DNA of 64,000 nt. Source: Lophium mytilinum. Its lineage: Eukaryota. The notes below the pieces were generated by a model. That model searched no databases. It saw only the letters and a program-made list of their open reading frames with translations, and had not been told where the DNA came from. Each line of letters begins with the position of its first letter. Positions within the stretch are counted from its first letter, which is position 1. Shown here in pieces: positions 25,101 to 35,819 of the stretch. Location of the stretch: positions 1,096,616 to 1,160,615 of the forward strand of contig MU004186.1 of assembly GCA_010093605.1 (NCBI GenBank), written 5' to 3'. The position numbers were made by a program, and so were the translations under genes.

Positions 25101-28100
25101 TACTATAGAATTCTACCTAGTTTTAAGCTTTCTTTAATATAATATAGTATACTAAAACTAATATCTACTTAATATAAGAATCTTTTCTAATACCTAAGAA
25201 AATAATTTTCTATAATATGCTATACCTATCTATCTCTCTTATATCTAGTAAGAACCTAGATAGATGCGGCGGGGGTGTAGTAATTATTATTAATATAAGT
25301 ATAATAAGCTAGCTTCCTATAGAAGAAAACGGGCCTTCTACTCTTATTTTCTAGAATAGCTAGCTTCTTATCTACTAATTAAAGTACTATAGGTAGACTC
25401 TTATAATTAGAAATATATATGCCCCGGCATAGTAATAAAAGTAAATATAGTAGCTCTAAGCTATAAATAACTATTTAGATAACTATCTACTACCTATACC
25501 TTATAATATAGTAGAGGGTAACTAGAACTAAGGCCTTATTATAATTAATACTATATCTAGAAAGCGGTGCTTATCTATTATAGCTAGACTATAATAGAGG
25601 CTAATAAGTAACCTTAGCTTTAGTAGACCTAATATAGTTAATAGATAGCGTAAAAAGAATTCTAACTTAATTTAATATACTTTTTCTATATAGTCTATTA
25701 GAATCTTATAGATAGACCGCATCTATATAAGATTAGACTAGATAGTAATAACTAAGGGGTAGGCTATTAAGCCTAGTAGACTATAGATAGATTATAAAAT
25801 AACTATAACTATAATCTAGATTAATAATAAGACTAACCGCAGTTCTAGTAGATAGAGGCTTAATCTATTAATTATTATATAGAAGGCGTTTAAAGATAAA
25901 TACTATTAATTCTTAATTAATAACTTTTCTAAACTTAATCCCCTTAGTAAATAGATAAAATTTAAGGTAATAGTTAAGAAAATAGCCGGTAATAGTAATA
26001 TAAAGTATATATATAATACTTTAGTATATAACCTCTAGAAACGCCGTAATAAACTCTTAGATATGCGCTAAACTAATTATATAGACGCCGCACTTAAAAA
26101 TTAGATTACTATAGTTAAATTCTAGAAGAAAGCGCTAGTAGATTAGTACTATAGAGACTATTTATATATAGCTATAGCTAAGTACCTTCTCTAGAATAAA
26201 AAACTAAATAAATAGTTTTTTACTAGGGCTAAGTACTTTAATACTACTAATATTAAAGCTTTAGTAGATAACTAAGAAGTACTATATATAGAACCTTAGA
26301 AACTGCTTAAGATTACTTTTAAGTTCTACGCGGGCTTATATATAGAATAATAGATAAATCTAAACTTATAGTAAAAGATTCTAAGGTATTTAAAATAGAA
26401 ATTAAAGCCTAAATATATTAATTAGCTTTTACAGTTAATTTTAGTTAAGGAGATAGAAGTATCTATTAGGCGGTTAGCCTTAGAAAAGTTGCCTAGTATT
26501 AATAGTATTATCTATAAGTTTTATAAATAACTTCTTTAATATAGACTTAAATCTAGAGAGATATTACTTTTAAAAGACTATATAAAGTCTCTTTTTAACT
26601 ATATCTAGAGGACTAGTAAACTCCCCGTAAATTAGATGGACAGTATTCTATTACTACTTTATAAGAATAAGGGCGTAGAGATAGATTTAAAGAATTATTA
26701 ACCCTTATTAGTAATAAATATAGACTATAAAATCTATATAGAAATTCTTATACAGCGCTTAGTTAAGGCGCTTAGCCTAGTACTAGATATTTAATAGTCT
26801 ACCTTTCTTTCTAGGCAACTTATTAATAATAATATCTAAATAATCTAGTATATTATTATAAACTAAAGAAAATAGACTATAGCTAAGAATAATAGAATAG
26901 CTATTCTATTTATTAATTAAGAAAAGGCCTATAACTAAGTAGACTATAGATTTATATAGTAGGTTCTTAAAACTCTAGAGGTTTCTTAGGTATTTATCTT
27001 ATAGATCTAGGTCCTCTATTAGAGTGCATATATAAGAGTAAATTTAAATAGCTTTATAGGGGATAAAATTCTAGTTAGAAGTAGTATTTACTAGAGTAAC
27101 TCTATTAGCTATCCCCTCTTTATAGCCGTAATAGAAGGGCTTACTAGTTACCTTACTAAGAAATAGTATATAAAGAGACTAAGTATTAGGTTATCTAACC
27201 TAGTAAAGATAACTATATATACTAATAATACTACTATTATTCTCTATAGTTAGGATAAGGTAAATATAGCTATAGAAGTGCTAGATATCTATAGTAAGGC
27301 TAGCGGAGTAAAAGTAAATTAGAAGAAGTTCTACCTTCTACTAATAAAGATAATAGAGGATAGTAGTAATAATAGTAGCTTTATTACCCTCCCGGATATT
27401 AAGTTAATTATACTCTAGAACCCTTATAAATATTTAGGTATTTCTATAGGGCTTAAGATTAATATATAGGTTAAAATATTCTAGAAGGTAGTAGTAGATA
27501 AGTTTTAAAGAATAGCTAGCTAGTAGCTTCTATATTTTATATTACTAAAAGAAAGAGTCCTAATTATAAATATACTAATAATATTCCTTCTATAATACGC
27601 GATCTATTTTCTAGACTTATCTAAGGAAATAGTAGATAATATAAAAAGAGAGTACTATAAATTAGTATAGAATAATAAGATAAAGAATATAGTAAGTATA
27701 GTTTACGCTTACTACCCCCCTAATAAAAAAGAAATTAGGTATTAGAATCTAGACTATATAGTTAAAGCCTTACTAGTTTTATTAGTTACATAATTAATAG
27801 CTAATCTAGACCTACCCTAGGTCTAACTAATATAGAAAGCTATTCTAGCCTCTATATCTACCTTTCTAAATAGCAACGCTATCTATACTCTATAGATATA
27901 ATATCTCTTATTATAAGTTTAGAACTTACTATTAGAATTAGCTAGAGCTTAAAGTAGATAGAAAATAATATATACTACTAAGGGTAATAATCTAGTACTA
28001 ATAATTCTACTATCTAAAATATATATAGATATACTTATAATATACTTCTAGTATTACCCTTATATTAATACGCACGGCCCTAGAGTTAAATAATAGAACG

Positions 28101-29577
28101 CGGTATTATAGAGAAGAATATAGGCTAAGAGAATATATATTATTAGAGATATTTAGAACTCTATCTTAAAATTACCTATTATACTAGCTAGACTAATAAC
28201 CTAAAATAGATATACTATAGATATAGTAATAAAAATAATAGTAGCTACTCTACTAAAAAAGTAGAGGGCTCTTCTAGATAGACTATATAAATAGATCTTA
28301 GAAAAGATTAGACTAAAGTTTACTACTAGTAACTCTAGCCTAGAAGATTCTAAGCCTTTTTTAGGCTTTATATATTAGAAAGCCTATTACTATATTCTAA
28401 AGTAACACCTAGCTAGAATAGACTTAAAAGGAGTTACTATTAAACCCCTTACCGCGTTTAAAATAATAACTAGAAATTCCTCTAAGCCTAGCGCTCTTTA
28501 GGCTAGAGTATATATATAATTTAAAATTCTAAAGGTAGAAGATCTTCTATAGTAATTCCTTTACTAAAAAGTAAAGACTAGAGAGAGCCTAGAGTAGGTT
28601 AAGCTAGAGTAATAGTACTATCTAATTTATAAATACAACCTTTTAATTAATTATATTTAGATTAACTATACTATTATATAGTATATATAGAAGAAGATAT
28701 ATAGAATATAGAATAAGACTAGAGGCCCCCTAGTACTAAGAATATAATTAATTAGTACTATAATTATACTAATATCTCTAAGCCTAAGCCTTAAGAAAAC
28801 TAATAAATAATAATAGTAGATTCTCTTCTAGACTATAGTCTAGGCTATCTAGAAGGTATATCTTTTATACTTATTTTTAAAGCTAGCCTAATATTAGAAA
28901 CTATACGCTATATATAGTTTATTCCGTATAATAGTCTAAAAATAGATACTTACTAATTAAATAATAAGTATCTATAAGTAATATTAGAATAAAAACTATA
29001 CTACTACTATCTTTAAGAAACTTTAAAATAAGAATCTACTTTACCTAAGAATATAATAAGGGCTCTAGTACCTTTAAGATAATAATAACCTTATAATATT
29101 ATAGTAGTAAGAGAACCTATTACTTATAGAAGATTTAGTGCAGGCTATATTAAAGAAAGGTTAAAATAGAGAATTATTTTAATAGAATACTAGAGTAGAG
29201 GAGAGGGTTTTTAAGTAATAAGTACTATAGTAATAGGGCTAGACTATTCTTTAAGTATATAACTATTATTAATATAATAGGCTCTTAGAGGTAGTATACT
29301 CTTTATAATATACTATACTACTATAGTCCTAAAATAGTAAGGGAGCTACAGTAAAAGGGTTTAATTCCCTTATTAGTATAGTAGTTAGTAATAGCCCCTA
29401 GCTACGCTATATATAGGAGGAGTAGATAAACTATATTTTAGCTTTTTTAGTATAGCTCGCACGGCTACTTAGCGGGTTAGATTAAGATTTTTGCATTTAG
29501 TTCTATTATATAATAGGCCGGAAGTACAAGCGGGAGGATCCTGTATGTAGTTTAGCCGAATAATAAAAGAAATTCCT
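22116..29577 (+). mobile_element. RIP-inactivated, apparently full-length non-LTR retrotransposon with L1/Tx1-type APE-RT ORF2
   Basis: Extremely TpA-rich and CpA/TpG-poor, with no intact ORFs. Back-mutated motifs: endonuclease (I.QE ~25170, GGVAII ~25272, NIYAP ~25412, IAGD.N ~25580) and RT (LYKNKG..DLKNYRPLS..N.DYKI ~26660-26735, DQEKAYDRV ~26915, QGDP.SC.LF ~27092, YADD ~27220, SGAKVNW.KS ~27302, KYLG ~27428). Flanked by a 20-bp TSD. Confidence 0.92.
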
Positions 29578-29597
29578 GCCGAGTATAGTGGCTTAGC
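29578..29597 (+). repeat. Right target-site duplication of the LINE
   Basis: GCCGAGTATAGTGGCTTAGC, directly after the A-rich element end AATAATAAAAGAAATTCCT. Confidence 0.85.
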
Positions 29598-30102
29598 GGC
29601 GGGGATATTACAGGCTATGCATGCCGCCAACACTCAGCTAAGACCAAGGCAGTTAAAACGGTCAATACGAACCCCCTAACCACGGAACCACCAGCCATCT
29701 CTTACTCCGCAATCTATCCCACGCAGAGAACCCTTTCAACAGTCGTTCCTCCTCAGAGCTCATGCGCATTCAATGATCTAGCTCAATCTAAGTAAATGCC
29801 ATGTAACACAGACTTTCCTGTTTTCACACTTCAGCCGCAGTTGGTGTCTTTCGTGCAGCGATCGCGAGGACCTCTACCACGGTACGAGAGGGATCGCGTG
29901 GATTCCTTCGGCTCATTTCCTTCCCATCTCATATCATGATCTCCTCCCTGCTGTGTTTCTTTCCATCTTTCACCTAAAGGACTGTTTTTGCGAGTACACT
30001 ATCGTTCCCAGTGCCTTGTGTGTCCACAATTGTGGATCCAGAAGTGACACATTCAAGGGAATCCCTACCACGTTTGCTGCCGCCTCTATACTTTCTTCGC
30101 CC

Positions 30103-31339
30103 ATGGCATCATCTATCCAGCAGCGGTATTACCGCTTCAATATTTCTTCCTCATTTCTCTTACTTTTTTGCTCAATATTACCACATAATATGGCCACGGC
30201 TGCGTTACAAGCAGGTATGCTTCTGCCTTCGGCAACCCTTCCATGGCGAGCAACGTTGATCCACCGCGAGTCGTACTAACGTAGCATGTCACAGAGTTCT
30301 CTTCCAATGCATCATACGCAAGCGTATCCGATGCAAGCTCACCCACGAGCCCGAATTTAATAAGAACCACGCCCAACATCGTCCATATTGAGTCGTCCGC
30401 CAGCGACCTAGGCGGCTCGCCCTCTTCAATAAACACACTTCACTTCACTGTCCCAGCACCACATGTAGAAAGCAGTGTGTCTAGTCTAGGCAATGGTCCG
30501 GGACCCATAATCACGCCTTTGATCCCGCACGTCGAGAGCAGCATCTCGTACAATCGTGGACCAAACCCAGCCGGCGCACATACGACTACTCCCGAACCAC
30601 CTTCGCAAACAGAACACGACCTCTCTACTTCCGCCTTCCCCGACGTGACGGGTAGCACAAGGCTTGCGGAGTCTGCGATCACAGCTCCACCCGCCCCAGT
30701 CGTGACGCTGGGAAGTGCCATCCTCACTGCGAATAGCGCGACTCAGTTCGTCGTCGGCTCGCAGACGCTACAGCCCGGTGGCCCAGCGATCACGATTTCA
30801 GGAACTACACTCTCGCTTGCGCCCTCCGCTACTGCTATCGTGGTAAACGGCGCTACGAGTGCCCTCACCCTGCCGTCCGTGGCTGGGGGAGGCAATCAGG
30901 TCATCGCCACCACGGAAGCTCCGGCGCTCACCATCGACGGGACGACCTACACGGCAAATTCGGCGTCTGGATTCGTCCTTGCGCCTGGCACGACGCTCAC
31001 CCCTGGCGGCTCGGTGACGCTTTCTGGCACAGTGCTGAGCCTGGATACCTCGGGTTCTGCACTGTTGTTAGCACGAGCGCGAGCGCGGTGGGGGCCGTGA
31101 CGAAAGTTATTACGATTACGACGCCCGAGATTAGCGAGAGCGGGACGGTAGCTGCGAGCGGGGATAGTGCGGTAGAGACGACTGCGGCGCCATCGAGGAC
31201 TGGGGATCAGGGAGGCGCCAAAACGACGACTAGCTCTGCTGCGGCAGGCAGTAGAAGGGGAGGCGGGAGGGGCATTGGGACTACGAGATGGACTGGATGG
31301 ATTGAGGGGTGTCTGGTAGGGTTTGCGGTTTTGGTTTAA
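30103..31339 (+). CDS. Ser/Thr-rich secreted, probably GPI-anchored cell-wall protein with one frameshift
   Basis: Hydrophobic N-terminus and an intron after 30214. Two TANSA..FV...TL.PGG...T.SGT.LSL repeats and a hydrophobic C-terminal tail (CLVGFAVLV*). The frame breaks near 31062. Confidence 0.65.
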
Positions 31340-31923
31340 CCGAGCAGTTTTGAGATCTTTATGGGCATTTCTGGAGGCATGCAATCTTGGGAATCAGGGC
31401 TGGAAAAGGGGAAATGCATGATTACGGATGGGACCACTCGGGTTGATGGTAATGCAACACATGGACACTAGGATTTTCTGCTTTTCTACTCGAAATCAAC
31501 GCGTATGCGCGTCTTTCAAAACCCCAGTCTTTCCCCAAACAGCAGAACCTTATGTCTCTTTGGAAAGCGATAAGCTCACTATCTCCTTGGCTCCGGGAAT
31601 GAAGGGAAGAAACTTGAACCTCTCCAAAAGGTACGCAAATCCGGGGCTGTGACTAGCGAGTTTCTGTCGCGTTGACAACTTGCTCAGACGGGCTTCAAAG
31701 GCTCACATGAAATGGAAAACTAGATACCCGAGCTGGACGAGGGACCGAAGCACACATGATCGCAAACTTGCAAGTCTCCTATGCGGGAAAACTGAGAAAA
31801 ACTAAAGCAGATACAGCGCATCGTTGGCCGAGGCCACTTCAAGGCAATCGCAGAGATATAGCTTCCGACCCTTCCTTCGAATGGGTTCGTCGCACTCTGT
31901 AGCGCTGCACCGAGAACCACTCA

Positions 31924-32365
31924 ATGCTCAACACCGGCCACGAGAGACCGCTTCCCACTCGCGTCCTTGACGTCGGATCAATGTCAAGAAACCCGTTCGA
32001 TATAACATGGACGCCTTTGCGAATAAAATTCATCAGCTACCTTGGCCTGGGTTTGTTGCACCGTTCGCATACCCTAGTCACTGATCTGGCGAGTGACGAA
32101 GATTGCATCGATCCGGAAGAAGATGAACGCAAATCCACAAGAAATAGCATGAGGCGTTCCTCCAAAATTTCGGGATACCATACTCTTTACAAAGCCACTA
32201 GGGCTATTACACATGTCGATTGGCCCTCTCTACATCGTCCAGCACGACAGACATGCTTGAAAGGATGAACCTGTACGGATATAGGCGACTTGCCGAGACT
32301 CGTACATAACCGTTGCAGCCACCAAGTCTAGAGATAGGTGCGAAGTCGTTTTTCCCTCTAGAGAT
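31924..32365 (+). pseudogene. Degenerate HET-domain gene fragment
   Basis: PLPTRVLDVG at ~31948-31977, then in a shifted frame LYIVQHDRHA*KDEPVRI*ATCRDSYITVAATKSRD. This parallels the HET consensus LCIVQDD..DW..E...M..IY..S.LTIAA. Contains stops and frameshifts. Confidence 0.65.
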
Positions 32366-32615
32366 TTCACATCGTTATGGAAGCAGTTTTCTCTAGAATT
32401 GTGGTATGATATTGAAGCCTAGGCTCTGTTGGAACCTAGGCTTGTGAGATCTAAATACATGGCTAGGAGATTGGGCGCAATCGGCCATACCAAGGCAAGG
32501 CCGACGTGGACCCCAAAGACAGAACAAAATACAAGACTGGTGGATACAGGGGTTCTGTCAGGAAAGAGAGGACTGCCTATGAGGCCGATGGGGTATAAAC
32601 CAAGGCCAGAACAGA

Positions 32616-33275
32616 CTAGAAAGAAATGGGGTCGTGAATACAGGGGTGGGATAAAACAATGGGGTATAAAACAGGGGGTCGTGTTGGTGAACAGGGAAGG
32701 AAATATTTGACACAGAAAGGAATGAGGATAGGTGATGCAGGCCTGTACTGACACCGAACTGAGGAGCGGTGGAGTTCGAGCCCTTTGAGCCTGGGAATCA
32801 GCCTTGGTAGTCTGGCCGCTTCATGTTCGCAAGAGATGTTCCATTTGCTTTCCTCGCAAGGAAATCCGATCGATACCATTCGAATGTGTTTCCCGCCACG
32901 GCTGCTCGACTCTAGAGTTCTGTCAGACACAAACTCCGTGCAAGAGGAAACTACAAGGACGATAAATAGGTTGAGGCATACCTTGCAGTCCGCACACTCT
33001 CCGTACTGTATTTCCTGTCTACCCAAACCTCCACTATTTGGTTCGTGGTAATAACTAACAGTCTTCAAAATCTCCTTGACATCTTCGTCCTGGTCTATGG
33101 CGGTTTTGTCCCAAAAGCAGGGGTAATTACCCTGGCCCTTCAGCCTGGCTTCTTCGCGAACGTCCTCGAGCACTGCCGCATTGAGTCTCTTCACTCTTTC
33201 GGCAGTGCCAATGGCGACGTTTCCGAACTCCGGGTTCGAGAGGCATTCCCTGACTCGGTCGGGTATATCGTCCAT
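32616..33275 (-). CDS. Hypothetical protein
   Basis: ATG-started ORF with protein-like composition and a probable intron (GTATGC after ...CADCK). No recognisable family; 3' end uncertain. Confidence 0.4.
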   Translation of the reverse strand: MDDIPDRVRECLSNPEFGNVAIGTAERVKRLNAAVLEDVREEARLKGQGNYPCFWDKTAIDQDEDVKEILKTVSYYHEPNSGGLGRQEIQYGECADCKVCLNLFIVLVVSSCTEFVSDRTLESSSRGGKHIRMVSIGFPCEESKWNISCEHEAARLPRLIPRLKGLELHRSSVRCQYRPASPILIPFCVKYFLPCSPTRPPVLYPIVLSHPCIHDPISF

Positions 33276-33784
33276 TCTTTCCTGTTTGAACGTTCAGAGT
33301 GTGGCAAGAAAACAAGCCATGTTTAAGCTAGCGGGAGAGCTTACCAGACAATCATCGCAGCATGTGGCCGTTGATGGTCCCATCAATTGACGGGCTTGTT
33401 GACTGTTAGATCGGCATTTAAAGCCTCCAACTCCAGGGCCTCCTAGAGCGCAAGGCATCTTGATTGCTCGTTCGTGGTGCGGTTGGTAGAATATGAGAAA
33501 AGGTATTGATATATTGGTCGTATCTCGAACTCAAAAGAAGTATCTTCCAGAACAATATCGCCTTCTGAAAGCCTCATAGAATGGTAGTAGAAAGAAACTC
33601 ACAAACCCACTCCCCTCAACCCTCATATATACTTCCCACCCAAAGCACCCTCCATCCCGCACAGCCGCACGCATCTCCTCCCTGAAACCATTCCCCTCCC
33701 CGCAAAGACCGCGAAGCAGCACTCTCCCCCACCCCCGAAATCAGACTCCAAGCGCGATGCTTTTGACACATGCCTGAAGACCTT

Positions 33785-34655
33785 GAAGGACCTCTTGGTG
33801 AACTAACGGTTGGGCAAACAGGAGCCTGATATGAGGGGTCGTTTCGAAGCGAATTGCGGGAGGGCCCGAATGGCGTCGCGGAGGGGTTGCGCGTGACGGG
33901 TGTGTGGCACCTACGAAGGACCTCATGGTGGTCTGTCGACCGGGAAACCGGGAGTGTGATTTGAAGGGCGGTTTCGAGGCGGAGTGCTGGGGCTCTGGAA
34001 TCGGGGCGGGGAGTGGTTGGTTTTGGCGGGTGCGTGACACCTGTGGAGGACCCCACGACGTGGTGTCGATGTTGAAAACGGAAGTGCGATTTGAAGGGTA
34101 GTTTCGAGGTCTTTTGCTCGAGGCCTGAAATTGGGTCGGTGCACGATTGGTTTTGGCGGGTTCGTGGCACCTGCGAAGGACCTCAGGGCGTCCTCACGGT
34201 GACCTGTGACGCTGAAGCACGAGGTCTGATTTGAAGTGTGGTTTCGATGTCTTTTGCTCGAGGCCTGAAATTAGGTCGGTGCACGATTGGTTTTGACGGG
34301 TTCGTGGCACCTGCGAAGGACCCTAGGGCGACCTCACAGTGTCCCATGATGCTAAAGCACGAGGTCTGATCTGAAGCGTCGTTTCGATGTCGTTGGACGC
34401 AGCCCCTAAATCAGGTCGATGCGTGACCACTCGTGACAGGCACGTGAAACATGTGAAGGACCCTACGGTGTCCTCACAGCGTTCTGTGACAGGAACCACG
34501 AGGTGTGATCTGAAGCGTCATATCGCTGTCCTTTGCTGCAGCCCCTGAATTTGATCGAAAACCGATTGCTCGTGACCGACGCTCAGGACCGCCGGGGGCC
34601 CTTCAAAGATATATCAGCACTGTCAAAACGATAACGCACGAGACCTGATTCAGGA
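33785..34655. repeat. Degenerate tandem array of ~6.5 units of 130/140 bp
   Basis: Anchor GAAGGACC (or variant) at 33785, 33915, 34045, 34175, 34315, 34455, ~34594. GTTTCGA at 33841, 33971, 34101, 34241, 34381. Confidence 0.92.
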
Positions 34656-34706
34656 CCAACGAACATACGATTCTATAATCTAAGGTATTATCGCGCAGTT
34701 CCCCGC

Positions 34707-35819
34707 CTACACCTTGCTCTTAAGCTCCAAAAACTCCTTGCTGAACGGCAAATCCGTATAACCATGGGCATCCTTCACCCTATAAAAGTCATCGCGGTCA
34801 TATGGCGTCAATTCAATACCCTTCTGGATCCTGAACACCAGATCCGGGTTTGAGATGAACAGCCGCCCGAATACAATCGCGACATCGCGGTCCTTGTACT
34901 CCTCATCCACCGCCCTCTTCGCCGACGCCGCCTTGAACCCACCCGCCAGCAGGACGGGAGAAGTATTGCCCCAAATATCGATGAGCGGATCGAGGCGTTC
35001 TGAAGACTCCACGTCTGCGTTGCCAGAAACACGGCTCTCGACGAGGTGGAGGTATGTGAGTTTAAGCTCCTTCAGTCCCTTAACCAGATACGAGAACTGT
35101 GGAATAGGGTCCTTCATGTGCATGCCTTGGAACTCGCTGAACGGGCTCAACCTGATACCAGTCCTCTCCGACCCGACGGCATCAACAACAGCTTTCGCGA
35201 CCTCCAGCCCAAAACGTGCGCGGTTCTCGATGCTCCCGCCCCACTTGTCCGTCCGCTTGTTCGCAGTGTCCTGCGTGAATTGGTCGATGAGGTAGCCATT
35301 CGCGCCGTGGATCTCTACGCCATCGAAGCCAGCCTCCTCAACCGCAGCCTTGGCGGCCGTGGCGTAATCTTGGATATACTCCTGGATCTCGCTCTCCGTG
35401 AGCGCCTGCGGCTTCGGCGAGCCTTCAGACATGGGTACATCGCTCGAGCTGACGAGGGGCCCGGTGCCTTCCTTCTCCTTAACCTCAGGGTTGGCGGCGC
35501 GGCCGAGCGCCCACAGCTGCACGAAGATGTAGCTGCCTTTCGCGTGCACGGCGTCGGTGACTTTCTTCCACGCCGCGAGCTGCTCCTTGCTCCAGAGACC
35601 CGGGACGTTGGGGTAGCCGGAGGCGCGGGGCGAGATGAAGGTGGCTTCGGTGATGAGAAGAGTGCCAGGGACGGAGCCGCGCTGCGCGTAGTATTCTTCA
35701 GCTATAGACTGGTGCACATGGTCGTCCGAGGCGCGGAAGCGGGTGAGCGGGGCGAGGACGAGGCGGTTCTTGAGGTTGAGAGAGCCGATTTTTAGGGGCT
35801 CGAAGAGTTTGGAAGACAT
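34707..35819 (-). CDS. Old yellow enzyme (NADH:flavin oxidoreductase)
   Basis: LAPLTRFRA, YYAQRG..PGTLLITEAT, QLWALGRAA, GFDGVEIHGANGYLIDQF, NKRTDKWGGSIENRARF, FGRLFISNPDL, GYTDLPF. Intronless, 370 aa. Confidence 0.96.
   Translation of the reverse strand: MSSKLFEPLKIGSLNLKNRLVLAPLTRFRASDDHVHQSIAEEYYAQRGSVPGTLLITEATFISPRASGYPNVPGLWSKEQLAAWKKVTDAVHAKGSYIFVQLWALGRAANPEVKEKEGTGPLVSSSDVPMSEGSPKPQALTESEIQEYIQDYATAAKAAVEEAGFDGVEIHGANGYLIDQFTQDTANKRTDKWGGSIENRARFGLEVAKAVVDAVGSERTGIRLSPFSEFQGMHMKDPIPQFSYLVKGLKELKLTYLHLVESRVSGNADVESSERLDPLIDIWGNTSPVLLAGGFKAASAKRAVDEEYKDRDVAIVFGRLFISNPDLVFRIQKGIELTPYDRDDFYRVKDAHGYTDLPFSKEFLELKSKV

Noticed and set aside
22116..29577. Centromere, NUMT or foreign AT-rich DNA
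   Set aside because: The AT-richness is explained by RIP of a single LINE bounded by a TSD.
29578..29700. tRNA, 5S, snRNA, SRP, MRP or telomerase RNA at the LINE target
   Set aside because: Only an A-box-like motif and a CCCTAACC stretch are present. There is no acceptor stem, proper B-box or family-defining motif.
33616..34170. ORFs across the tandem array
   Set aside because: Units of 130/140 bp are not multiples of 3, so the same peptide recurs in different frames. These are by-products of the repeat.
33785..34655. CRISPR-like array
   Set aside because: Whole units are homologous with no unique spacers, the context is eukaryotic, and no cas genes are present.
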